Shown: in pieces, positions 16,898 to 25,761 of the stretch
Position numbering within the stretch: position 1 is the stretch's first letter
Layout of the letters: every line of letters starts with the position of its first letter
From: Candidatus Parcubacteria bacterium
Lineage (GTDB): Bacteria > Patescibacteriota > Minisyncoccia > Phycocordibacterales > SBAW01
DNA length: 36,509 nt
NCBI GenBank assembly: GCA_019661855.1
Contig: JAIFWM010000001.1
Location: 1 to 36,509, forward strand
Direction: 5' to 3'
The notes under the pieces: model-generated
The model's database searches: none
What the model was told of the DNA's origin: nothing
The model's input: the letters and a program-made list of their open reading frames with translations, nothing else
Made by a program: the position numbers and the translations under genes

Positions 16898-17971
16898 CTA
16901 TTTCAACCAGCTTTCTTTGCCTTGTATATATTTTTTAATACGCTTCAACCCTTCGTCTATGAGTTTAACGTCGAGTGCGTAGGAAAGGCGTATACGCCCC
17001 GGCGCACCAAACCACTCGCCATCGTAGACAATCACTTGGTGTTTATGAAATAGTTCCGAAACTACACGGTTGGAGTTTTTAATTTTTGGAAGTACATAGA
17101 AGGCCCCTTCAGGCTTCCACAAGTCAAAGCCGAGTGCTATTAATCCGCCATAAAGCCTGTCCCGACGCTCTTGCCAGATCTGACGCTGTTTCTCTATAAA
17201 GCTGTGAGGTACATGCATAGCGTTACGCGCCATCTCTTGTCCTAACACGTTGGTGTTCATCGAAGTGTGCACTTTAATGTCCACCACAGTATCGACAATT
17301 TTTTTGTCACGGCTCCACAGGTACCCCACGCGCAAACCACACATTGAATACGTTTTAGAAAACGAGTTAATAGTTATAACCTGTGCGCCCTTAAGCAAGT
17401 AATTTTCACGCTCATAGATAAGATCTTTGTACACTTCGTCGGAAATAATATACACACCATGTTTAGCACACAGCTTTTCGATCGCTTTAAGCGTCTCCAT
17501 CTCCTCTACTCGCCCAGTTGGGTTTGAGGGTGAGTTAATGAGCACTACTTTTACGCTTTTTAATTTCTTTTCAAAATCTTTGAGATCTATCTTGCCCTCA
17601 ATGAGGTTCGTGTAGACGGGTTTAAGTCCTGCAAGCTCAATAATCGGCGGATATGAGTAGTAGTAGGGCTTGCATACCAAGACTCCCACCTTGCCATGCA
17701 GTTGATAGATAGCGCGAAAGACAAGGTCAAGCGCCTCAGACGCACCGTTAGTAATAACAAAATCCTCGGCCTCCGCCCCAGGATATTCTTTGGCGAGCAA
17801 CGAGCGCAACTCTTCGTCACCCTTGATTAATCCATATTTAAAAAGTCGTGGAGTCTCGAGGTGTTTAAAAATAGCCTCTGGTGGGGGTAGGTCGGGCTGG
17901 CCTGAGCCAAAGGAAATAATGCCTGTGTCATTCAATCCTATAAAGGCTGCGGGCGAAGTGATTTTTTGCAT
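16898..17971 (-). CDS. PLP-dependent aminotransferase, class I/II
   Basis: NSPSNPTG and the Schiff-base lysine motif NSFSKTYSMCGLRVGY are present. The protein is 357 aa. Confidence 0.9.
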   Translation of the reverse strand: MQKITSPAAFIGLNDTGIISFGSGQPDLPPPEAIFKHLETPRLFKYGLIKGDEELRSLLAKEYPGAEAEDFVITNGASEALDLVFRAIYQLHGKVGVLVCKPYYYSYPPIIELAGLKPVYTNLIEGKIDLKDFEKKLKSVKVVLINSPSNPTGRVEEMETLKAIEKLCAKHGVYIISDEVYKDLIYERENYLLKGAQVITINSFSKTYSMCGLRVGYLWSRDKKIVDTVVDIKVHTSMNTNVLGQEMARNAMHVPHSFIEKQRQIWQERRDRLYGGLIALGFDLWKPEGAFYVLPKIKNSNRVVSELFHKHQVIVYDGEWFGAPGRIRLSYALDVKLIDEGLKRIKKYIQGKESWLK

Positions 17972-17973
17972 AA

Positions 17974-19206
17974 CTACTGGCGTACTCTATCACGCACCCG
18001 CTTGCGGTGGTAGGTTATAGCAAACCGATGAGCCTCTGCATTGGCAAGCAAAATATCTCGCTCACGACCTTTAATAAATTGCTGGTCACCCTTTATCTCA
18101 CGGGGTCGATGCTTCTCATCCTTAACCACACCCACCACCGGGATATGCACGCCACACTCTTTAAGGGTGGCATTAGCAGCGTTCATCTGCGCAGTGGATC
18201 CATCTACAACAATAAGGCGCGGCATAGGCCAATCGTCGTGCCCTAAACGGCGCGACAGCACCTCGCGCAGTGCGCCAGGGTCGTCACCTGGTTTGGCAGA
18301 GCGAATACGAAACTTACGATACTCGCTCTTTTGCGCCTCGCTGTCCTCTACCACGGTCATAACGCCCACGTTGCTCATACCACCCAAGTGCGCCATATCA
18401 TAGGCCTCTATACGCATCGCACGGATAGTTTGCGCTTCGTTGCGATATTCGTCTTTAATAAGCGAGACATCTTGGATATGTTTAAGCGCATAGATCTGGC
18501 GCGAGAGGCGCTGCGCCTCCTCAAACTCTTCCTCACGCGCTGCAAGCTTCATGTCTTTTTCGAGACTTTTCATGAGCACATCCTTTTTACCTGCAAAGAG
18601 GAGCGCGATGCGGCGGATGATCTTGCGATAGTCGCGCTTTGAAATAGTGCCAGCACATACGCCAGGACACAAACCGATCTGCGCATTAAAGCAGGGTTTA
18701 CCTGTTTGCGGCTTACACATGTCTCGATACGGGAAAATTTTGCGAATGATTTTTAAAGCCTCACGTAGTTGTAACCCATGTGGAAAAGGACCGAAGGTAT
18801 GCGCACGCATAGTAAGAGGAAAATCTTTTTCCAAAACTCTACCACGCACTAACAAGACTCTAGGAAAATCTTCTTTAGTAATCACCACATAGTTCCAACT
18901 TTTGTCGTCTTTGGCGTCGGTGTTAAACTTTGGTTTATAATTTTTTATTAGATTTGCTTCCAAAAGCAATGCCTCCAATACTGAGTCGGTCTTGCGCCAG
19001 TCGAGCGAGCTTGCGCGTTCAACCATTTGAGCAATTAAAGGACTCCTTACCTCGGCAATGTCTGGCGCAAAATATGAACGCACACGGTCGCGCAAGCTCG
19101 CGGCCTTGCCTATGTACAGCACCTCCTTTCGCTTACCTAGGAAAAAATAGACCCCCGGTGTGTCAGGCATGTGCTTGGTCTTCTTTTTGAACTGCTCGAG
19201 CGTCAT
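17974..19206 (-). CDS. uvrC: Excinuclease ABC subunit C, compact form (410 aa) with no C-terminal (HhH)2 domain
   Basis: It has the GIY-YIG motif (PGVYFFLGKRKEVLYIGKA), a UVR motif (EEEFEEAQRLSRQIYALKHI) and an RNase H-like endonuclease domain (IEAYDMAHLGG). The start is placed at ATG 19206 for two reasons. Terminator 19237-19271 lies inside the longer ORF. The usual N-terminal spacing before PGVY is also preserved. Confidence 0.9.
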   Translation of the reverse strand: MTLEQFKKKTKHMPDTPGVYFFLGKRKEVLYIGKAASLRDRVRSYFAPDIAEVRSPLIAQMVERASSLDWRKTDSVLEALLLEANLIKNYKPKFNTDAKDDKSWNYVVITKEDFPRVLLVRGRVLEKDFPLTMRAHTFGPFPHGLQLREALKIIRKIFPYRDMCKPQTGKPCFNAQIGLCPGVCAGTISKRDYRKIIRRIALLFAGKKDVLMKSLEKDMKLAAREEEFEEAQRLSRQIYALKHIQDVSLIKDEYRNEAQTIRAMRIEAYDMAHLGGMSNVGVMTVVEDSEAQKSEYRKFRIRSAKPGDDPGALREVLSRRLGHDDWPMPRLIVVDGSTAQMNAANATLKECGVHIPVVGVVKDEKHRPREIKGDQQFIKGRERDILLANAEAHRFAITYHRKRVRDRVRQ

Positions 19207-19212
19207 ATAAGG

Positions 19213-19218
19213 AGTATA
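19213..19218 (-). promoter_or_regulatory. -10 hexamer TATACT, 6 nt upstream of uvrC ATG 19206
   Basis: The minus strand reads TATACT-ccttat-ATG. There is no SD sequence. It sits just past terminator 19237-19271. Confidence 0.5.
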
Positions 19219-19236
19219 CGCAAATGAGAGCCTCAT

Positions 19237-19271
19237 ATAAAGCAAAGCCTCGCGGGTGTTACCGCGAGGCT
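19237..19271 (-). terminator. Rho-independent terminator
   Basis: A perfect 10-bp stem, AGCCTCGCGG/CCGCGAGGCT, with a 6-nt loop, followed on the minus strand by TTGCTTTAT. Confidence 0.75.
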
Positions 19272-19291
19272 GTCTGACTTGAACGACGCAG

Positions 19292-19660
19292 TTAGCGTGT
19301 GACAAAAGCTAAATTTCCCATAATCCAACTCCCTGCCCGCATTGCAGCTCCTATACCAATAAACAGTAGAGCTAAGCCAGTGAAGCCCAAGAGTAATGTT
19401 GTAAGAGTGTCGACAATAAGCTTTACAAACCCTCTTACTCGACCTGCAAGGTAGTAAAAGAGGATAGCCATTATAATAATAAGAGCGACAGCAACTATAA
19501 CCCCAAAAACGAGTCGGTCACTAGGAATAACTCTCCAGTTTTGACTGAAAAAACGATTCATTTCCGCAAAACTCCATAGAAAGCCGCTTACAAGCCCGTC
19601 AATCAACATACTAAAGCCTTGCTTGAGCCATGCGCCGACCTGCCGAATAAACTGTTCCAT
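19292..19660 (-). CDS. Hypothetical membrane protein, 122 aa
   Basis: An SD-like AAGGGTG lies 9 nt before the ATG. The protein has 2-3 TM helices. Confidence 0.6.
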   Translation of the reverse strand: MEQFIRQVGAWLKQGFSMLIDGLVSGFLWSFAEMNRFFSQNWRVIPSDRLVFGVIVAVALIIIMAILFYYLAGRVRGFVKLIVDTLTTLLLGFTGLALLFIGIGAAMRAGSWIMGNLAFVTR

Positions 19661-19743
19661 GGTACCCGCACCCTTCTGTGTTGAGATAAGGAGCTAACTA
19701 CTCCGCCCCCAAAATACTCCTAAACTGTGATTAGTCAATGAAG

Positions 19744-22248
19744 CTATTTGCCCTTAAAAATTTTGCGCAAATATTTGCCGGTGTGTGAGTTTTTACTTTC
19801 TGACACATCCTCTGGTGTCCCTTTGGCAACCAAATGGCCACCTCCCTCTCCCCCTTCAGGACCAAAGTCGAGTATCCAGTCAGCATTTTTAATAATATCC
19901 ATGTTGTGCTCAATCAACACCACCGAATTACCTGCACTCACTAGTTTGTTCAGTATGTCGATAAGTTTGCGCACGTCTTCGTAGTGAAGCCCTACTGTTG
20001 GTTCGTCTAAAAGGTAAATAGTTTTTTGGAGATGTGGCCGGTAGAGTTCGGCCGAAATTTTGACACGCTGCGCCTCACCACCTGAAAGAGTGGTAGCACT
20101 TTGCCCTAACTCCAAATATCCCAAGCCCACTTCGTCTAAGGTTTTGAGTCGGTCATAAATAGCAGGAATATCGTTAAAGAATTCGATCGCTTCTTCAATG
20201 GTCATGCGCAACACTTCGTAAATATTTTTCTTTTTATACGTGACTTCAAGCGTCTCTTTCATAAAGCGCTTGCCTCCACATACATCACAGGTCACATACA
20301 CTGTTGGCAAAAAGTGCATCTCCACTGCTATCATGCCGTTGCCCTCGCAGGTTTCGCATCTGCCACCTCCGCGCTCTTGCGGGATGTTGAAGGAAAAGCG
20401 TGACGCCTTCCATCCTCTTGCACGAGCTTCAGTAGTTTGAGCAAACAGGTCACGGATAAAAGTAAACGCCCCAGTGTAGGTAGCAGGGTTACTGCGTGGC
20501 GTGCGACCAATAGGACTTTGGTCGATCAATATCGCGCGGTTAAGGTACTCGGTCCCCTCAAAGCTCGCAGCGTTAAAGACTTTGTTTGAGCGATAGCGTT
20601 TGTCGAAGCGGGCTTTAAAGTTTTCGTACAAAATTTCATAGAGAAAGGTAGATTTGCCCGAGCCCGAGACACCCGTGACAGCTACGAGTTTGCCAAGCGG
20701 GACATCAACCGAAAGATTTTTAATATTAAACGCTTTACCTCCACGAATTTTGAGCGTACCGCGTGTGTTGTCACGTCGCTTCTCGGGCAAGGCGATCTCT
20801 TTTTCACCACGCAAGTATGCAAGCGTAACTGATCCACTGTCATTTTTTTTCGAAGTAAGCAATTTCTCTAGATACCCTTCGGCAATTATTTTGCCGCCAT
20901 GTACTCCGGCGCCCGGGCCAATATCAACAAGATAGTCGCTGGCGTAGATAGTGTCTTCGTCATGCTCAACCACAATAATCGTGTTACCTAGGTCACGTAG
21001 GTTAATAAGCGTTTTAATCAGGCGTTCGTTGTCGCGCTGATGCAAGCCAATCGTTGGCTCGTCGAGTACATAAAGCGCACCCACGAGGCCAGAGCCCAGT
21101 TGCGAAGCTAGGCGGATACGCTGTGCCTCACCACCCGAGAGCGTGTTGGCCTTGCGGTTAAGCGTTAGGTAGTCTAGACCCACATCAAGCATAAACTTCA
21201 GCCTCGCAGTTATCTCCTTAATAACAGTTTTAGAAATTTCTTGATCTTTTTTCGAAAGTTCAAGCATTACAAAAAATTCGTACGCATCTTTTATTGACTG
21301 ATTTGTTATATCAACAATATTTCGAGCCTCACCAAGAAACACATTAAGCGCTTCAGGACGAAGACGATTACCTTTACACACCGGACATGGCTCATCTGAC
21401 CAAAAATGTTTGGTACCCAAGCCATTACATTCCGGACACGCGCCATATGGTGAGTTAAACGAAAAAAGTCGTGGCTCAACTTCGGGGAAAGAAAATCCGT
21501 CATATGCACACATAAATTTGCTCGAGATAAGGCGTGATTCGCCCGCTCCCTCTATGCGCACCAAACCATCGGCCTCTTGAAGAGCGCGCTCGATAGCCTC
21601 TGAAAGCCGCTCACGATCTGTGGTAGCCACCTCGTCAACAAACATTTCGATATCGTGCTTTTTATGTCGTGCAAGATCTATACGATCGCGCAAAGAAAGA
21701 TCTTTGCCGTCTACACGCGCACGCTCAAAACCTTTGTTAAGGTAGTCGTAGAGCATTTGGTAGTACTCGCCTTTGCGCCCGACAACGACGGGCGCATAAA
21801 TGCGCACCGTGCCTTTGGCGCTTTTAACTACACTTTCGATAATCTCTTCGTTTGAATGCTTTTTAATCTCCCTGCCGCAAACTAAACAATGCGGTTTACC
21901 CACGCGCGCAAACAAAATGCGCATGTAGTCATATATTTCGGTAATAGTCGCCACGGTAGAGCGTGGGTTGTTAGAGCGTGACTTTTGGTCGATAGAAATT
22001 GCGGGAGAAAGACCAGTGATTTCCTCGACATCAGGCTTTTGCATTTGGCGCAAAAATTGGCGTGCATAGGCCGAGAGTGACTCTATATAGCGTCGCTGTC
22101 CTTCGGCAAAAATAGTGTCGAATGCCAAAGATGACTTGCCCGACCCAGACAAACCAGTAAAAACCACCATTTTGTTTCTGGGGATCTTGAGGTCGATGTT
22201 TTTTAAGTTGTGGGTTTTTGCACCCTTAATGTGTATGTGGTCTTCCAT
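19744..22248 (-). CDS. uvrA: Excinuclease ABC subunit A (834 aa)
   Basis: Two ABC modules are present (GLSGSGKSS, GVSGSGKST, two copies of LSGGEAQR) along with zinc motifs (CLVCG, CPECNGLG, CETCEGNG, CDVCGG). The start is placed at ATG 22248 (MEDHIHIKGAKTHNLKNIDL). Confidence 0.96.
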   Translation of the reverse strand: MEDHIHIKGAKTHNLKNIDLKIPRNKMVVFTGLSGSGKSSLAFDTIFAEGQRRYIESLSAYARQFLRQMQKPDVEEITGLSPAISIDQKSRSNNPRSTVATITEIYDYMRILFARVGKPHCLVCGREIKKHSNEEIIESVVKSAKGTVRIYAPVVVGRKGEYYQMLYDYLNKGFERARVDGKDLSLRDRIDLARHKKHDIEMFVDEVATTDRERLSEAIERALQEADGLVRIEGAGESRLISSKFMCAYDGFSFPEVEPRLFSFNSPYGACPECNGLGTKHFWSDEPCPVCKGNRLRPEALNVFLGEARNIVDITNQSIKDAYEFFVMLELSKKDQEISKTVIKEITARLKFMLDVGLDYLTLNRKANTLSGGEAQRIRLASQLGSGLVGALYVLDEPTIGLHQRDNERLIKTLINLRDLGNTIIVVEHDEDTIYASDYLVDIGPGAGVHGGKIIAEGYLEKLLTSKKNDSGSVTLAYLRGEKEIALPEKRRDNTRGTLKIRGGKAFNIKNLSVDVPLGKLVAVTGVSGSGKSTFLYEILYENFKARFDKRYRSNKVFNAASFEGTEYLNRAILIDQSPIGRTPRSNPATYTGAFTFIRDLFAQTTEARARGWKASRFSFNIPQERGGGRCETCEGNGMIAVEMHFLPTVYVTCDVCGGKRFMKETLEVTYKKKNIYEVLRMTIEEAIEFFNDIPAIYDRLKTLDEVGLGYLELGQSATTLSGGEAQRVKISAELYRPHLQKTIYLLDEPTVGLHYEDVRKLIDILNKLVSAGNSVVLIEHNMDIIKNADWILDFGPEGGEGGGHLVAKGTPEDVSESKNSHTGKYLRKIFKGK

Positions 22249-22427
22249 GATTTTTAAATCACCCTGAGCTTGTCGAACGGGTATCACGCAAACTTCCCCA
22301 CGCAGTACGCGAGGGGTTGGTTATGTATTCACAGTATACCAAAGTTCCCGAAATTTTGACAATTCAGTAAATTTTAAGCATTGTATTGTTGGCAGTTTGC
22401 CAGGAACCATAGATCAGGAGACGTAAC

Positions 22428-22994
22428 ATGAGAGCTCTGGCTTTGATAGTGTTTGGTCTGTTTACTACTGTGGCACAGTCGGCAGAAATTACCGCACACG
22501 CTCCACAAAGCATGCGGGTCACGGTGATGAACCCTACACCACTTGTGGAAAATGACGGGCGCCGAGTTATTGGTCAACTTTCATTTGGAGATACTTGTAA
22601 TGTCCACTTCGGAGAAAGTTTGATCGAAAAGAATCGAGATACAACCGACGTCTTGGTTGTCCTCCACAATGACATATATATGAACAGTGGAGGTCGTTGC
22701 ATTCGAGGTGTATTATTTTTCGTCCCGATCAAACAGTTCGACACAATGGAACGGGCATATCTAACCATTTTGCGAGATGACGCACGTAAGGCTCTCGAAC
22801 GAGCAAAAGAAACGCTCGAGGAAGAAATTAGCAAGAGTGGTACCACAGGCGAGAAAGCACGTGTACTGCGTCTGCTGGGGAATGTTTCCACAGATCGCGC
22901 AACAGGAACTCTTCAGAGAGCTCAGCGTGATCTGGATTATCTCGACCAGCCACCAACTCCACACCGATTGTTCCCTTTAAGGATCGGAAACTGA
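22428..22994 (+). CDS. Hypothetical secreted protein, 188 aa
   Basis: An SD sequence GGAG lies 7 nt before the ATG. A signal peptide (MRALALIVFGLFTTVAQSA) is followed by a C-terminal coiled, charged region. No family is recognised. Confidence 0.6.
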   Translation: MRALALIVFGLFTTVAQSAEITAHAPQSMRVTVMNPTPLVENDGRRVIGQLSFGDTCNVHFGESLIEKNRDTTDVLVVLHNDIYMNSGGRCIRGVLFFVPIKQFDTMERAYLTILRDDARKALERAKETLEEEISKSGTTGEKARVLRLLGNVSTDRATGTLQRAQRDLDYLDQPPTPHRLFPLRIGN

Positions 22995-22996
22995 AC

Positions 22997-23203
22997 ATGG
23001 GCTCACATTCGGAAGGGATTCCGCGGAATCCATACGACTGCGGTTTCAAATTGAGTTTTGCGACTCCGGAAGATGCTTCGCCGTTTCTTCGATCTGCGCG
23101 CGATCATCTCTACCTATGCGATGCGTGTGGTCAGCACCATATTCACGATTTGGGACCGAAAATTCGAACTACGTTCCAGCTTAGAGCGCTAGCAGCAGGC
23201 TAG
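22997..23203 (+). CDS. Small Cys/His-containing protein, 68 aa
   Basis: It starts 2 nt after the upstream TGA. C15 and the segment CDACGQHHIH suggest a possible metal site. Terminator 23219-23243 follows. Confidence 0.45.
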   Translation: MGSHSEGIPRNPYDCGFKLSFATPEDASPFLRSARDHLYLCDACGQHHIHDLGPKIRTTFQLRALAAG

Positions 23204-23218
23204 CCACACAAGTTTGAG

Positions 23219-23243
23219 AGAGGGCCTACGGGCCCTCTTTTTA
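23219..23243 (+). terminator. Rho-independent terminator
   Basis: Stem AGAGGGCC/GGCCCTCT with loop TACG, followed by TTTTTA. Confidence 0.8.
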
Positions 23244-23249
23244 TATACA

Positions 23250-23279
23250 AGAGCTCCGGTCAACGTTGATCGGAGCTCT
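23250..23279. repeat. 30-bp near-perfect palindrome AGAGCTCCGGTCAAC|GTTGATCGGAGCTCT
   Basis: Fourteen of 15 positions are complementary, with one G-T pair. There is no loop and the centre is ACGT. It lies between convergent transcription units. Confidence 0.9.
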
Positions 23280-23296
23280 GGTCAAACCATGTCCAG

Positions 23297-23467
23297 TTAG
23301 GATTTCTTATCATTCTCCTTCTCCTGTGGTGTTTCTGTCTGCTGCTGTTGCTGGCCGACTTTCTTAGGAGTGTTCGGGTCGTATGGAGCTATCTTGGGCA
23401 ACTGATTAAATTGATTCTGATACTTGAACCAACGTGCCACCTTGGCGAAATCTATGCCTTTGCGCAT
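23297..23467 (-). CDS. 56-aa Gln/Lys-rich small protein (MRKGIDFAKVARWFKYQNQFNQLPKIAPYDPNTPKKVGQQQQQTETPQEKENDKKS)
   Basis: An SD sequence GAGGTGA lies 6 nt before the ATG at 23467, which is 47 nt downstream of the metalloprotease stop codon. The ORF is not in the supplied track because it is shorter than 60 aa. Confidence 0.4.
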   Translation of the reverse strand: MRKGIDFAKVARWFKYQNQFNQLPKIAPYDPNTPKKVGQQQQQTETPQEKENDKKS

Positions 23468-23514
23468 GAGGCCTCACCTCTTTCCCATCTGCCGCTATTA
23501 TACGCCTCCTTTTT

Positions 23515-25722
23515 CTACTTTGTGATGATCGCAGAGACAGTTTTTGAGTTGCCAGACTTGTCAGATGCAGTAACCGCGATCGTGTGCGAACCAGGAGTAA
23601 TAGCCTTTCCTTGCCACGTATAGGAGCAGGATGTGGTGTTGTTACAAGTTTGCTTTGTTGCGTCGTCAACCTTTATAACGATAAAAGCAATACCGCTTAG
23701 GTTATCGGATGCCGATGCACTAATTGTTACACTTTGATTTCCTTTAACTTGTGTTCCGTTGGTAGGCGAAGTTATCGTAACTGCCGGAGCCACAGTATCC
23801 GGTGCATAAACTATATAACTCGCAGTGGTTGAGAGCGTGTGCGCTGCAGTTCCATCTTGAGCTTGAACGAGTACTTGGTATACCCCATCAGTGCTACTTG
23901 TCGGTGAAATTATTTTAACCACACTAGAGCCACTACCTCCAGGTGCAAGAGACAATGAAACCGGCGAAAGAGTTGAACTCCATCCCGCTGGCAGAGTTCC
24001 ACCAAGTGAGAAAGTACTTGTTGAACAGGTACTACTGTCGTTATTTTTAAGCGAAACAGTGTACGAAAGAGCTGATCCTGCGAAACCACCTTGAGAGAGC
24101 GGCGATATCGTCATGGTAGGCAGCTTGGGGATACACGGTGCTCCGGATAGTTGAACAGCAAGAACTGTACTTGAATCTGTATGGCTTACTTGTGTCACTT
24201 GTATGCCGTTATTCGGATCGTTAAATGACGTTCCGTCTACAAGTGCCCCATTAGCGAAGTTATTGTCTCCTGGAGTAAGGTCAACAAAATAGGTATTACC
24301 TATTGAGCCAATATGAACCGTTGCACCGCTCGTTAAGGTAGGTGGGAGGTCTGCATCGTGGCCGATTGGCTGCCGATACCCAACAAAATAACTTTCACCT
24401 GTATCACTCTTTGCAATCTTAAGAACCTGCGGTGCAGATGTTTTTAATTCTATAGGCGCGATCGAATATGTGCCGCTTGTGCTCACGTTCACAACATTGG
24501 CAGCTGCGAGCCAACCGAAGAGTGACTTGTGCGCAGCGTTTGAATGATCTTGATTATAATATCCGAGAGGATCATAATTTTCACCATACTCTACATTGGC
24601 GCAGTTGGTGTACACATCAATAGCCTTACTGCCGCAGGAAATAGTCGAGGCGTGATACTGACCTAGTGCATGACCAAGCTCATGTTCAAGAACTTCTACA
24701 AAGGATGGCTGACCATACATAATTGCGAGAGACCAAGACGGATTTACCCCAACAACCGACAATCCACCAAAATTGCATCCAGCGTTTGGTATGACATAGA
24801 TTCTGCGAGTGTAATTGCTTACGGCATAGCCAGCCGTGGCAGCTGCTTGATCTGCCGCGCTCATGACTGTGTAATAATCGTTACACACGGTCGAAGCTGT
24901 GTACGGGACAGTAAACCAAGGTGCTACATCTCCCGAGAATGACGTCTGACCAAACGAATCTTCCTGATAGTACTGATTAAGTGAGTTTGATGGTCCAAAA
25001 ACAATGTCGTTTATTTGAGTCTGCGAATATGGTTGTGACGTGTTGTCAGTAAAATTGACCGGTATTACGATACTTTTTTGCACGCCTATAGCTGCCGAAG
25101 CTGTTGCCGCTTGCGTGGTTTTAACCGACGAACCTCCTGCATACGCCACCACAAGCTGATCATCAAGGACAGTCCCGTGGGCAGAAACTTTTGACCCCGT
25201 GGTAAGCATAGGCTTTCCTTCAGCAAAACGCATATGGTAAAGCTTGCCCGTATTATCCTTAAGTTGATAGTCAAATTCGCTCTGCTTAGTTTCTTGCCGA
25301 TCAATATGAACAACCGCAACTATTCCCTGGACATCGGTCTCTTTTTCGATAAGCAATTGCACCGAGGCTGGCAATTTGCTACGCACAGTGTTAGGAATTG
25401 AACTTAAGAGGAATCCGCGAGGGTCATTTGTAGCAAGTTTGAGCATCGCTTGTTTGCGCTGCGATGCTAGAGATGAAATATCTGAACCTGACTTTGATTC
25501 TTTGAGAAGTTGGGTAGTAAGACCTATTGCAGAAACAGGGGCATGCGAAACCGCCTGAGATGGTGCTGCTTCTGCTTGGTTTGCCTCAGACACTAGTGCA
25601 TACCCAGAAAGCGATGCAAAAGTTATAAGGATTAAAAAATGGATAACAGTGTGCGAAGGGTTAGCGTGCCAATTAGCGTACCATGCATGCCGTTCCGAAA
25701 GATCCTTATGTATCTTGTTCAT
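23515..25722 (-). CDS. Secreted zinc metalloprotease (HEXXHXXGXXH, gametolysin/M11-like metzincin) with C-terminal Ig-like domains
   Basis: The 735-aa protein has an N-terminal TM anchor and the motif VLEHELGHALGQYHAS. The C-terminal beta-rich domains include TITSPTNGTQV...ASASDNLSGIA, which is Ig-like. Confidence 0.78.
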   Translation of the reverse strand: MNKIHKDLSERHAWYANWHANPSHTVIHFLILITFASLSGYALVSEANQAEAAPSQAVSHAPVSAIGLTTQLLKESKSGSDISSLASQRKQAMLKLATNDPRGFLLSSIPNTVRSKLPASVQLLIEKETDVQGIVAVVHIDRQETKQSEFDYQLKDNTGKLYHMRFAEGKPMLTTGSKVSAHGTVLDDQLVVAYAGGSSVKTTQAATASAAIGVQKSIVIPVNFTDNTSQPYSQTQINDIVFGPSNSLNQYYQEDSFGQTSFSGDVAPWFTVPYTASTVCNDYYTVMSAADQAAATAGYAVSNYTRRIYVIPNAGCNFGGLSVVGVNPSWSLAIMYGQPSFVEVLEHELGHALGQYHASTISCGSKAIDVYTNCANVEYGENYDPLGYYNQDHSNAAHKSLFGWLAAANVVNVSTSGTYSIAPIELKTSAPQVLKIAKSDTGESYFVGYRQPIGHDADLPPTLTSGATVHIGSIGNTYFVDLTPGDNNFANGALVDGTSFNDPNNGIQVTQVSHTDSSTVLAVQLSGAPCIPKLPTMTISPLSQGGFAGSALSYTVSLKNNDSSTCSTSTFSLGGTLPAGWSSTLSPVSLSLAPGGSGSSVVKIISPTSSTDGVYQVLVQAQDGTAAHTLSTTASYIVYAPDTVAPAVTITSPTNGTQVKGNQSVTISASASDNLSGIAFIVIKVDDATKQTCNNTTSCSYTWQGKAITPGSHTIAVTASDKSGNSKTVSAIITK

Positions 25723-25761
25723 CTTTATACTAAAAACTTATAATGTCTTTAGTATATAGCA

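Noticed and set aside
23348-23669. ORFs 23348-23623 (plus strand) and 23406-23669 (minus strand).
   Set aside because: They overlap the 3' end of the metalloprotease gene and the better-supported 56-aa ORF. Neither has an RBS, and their composition is typical of an off-frame reading.
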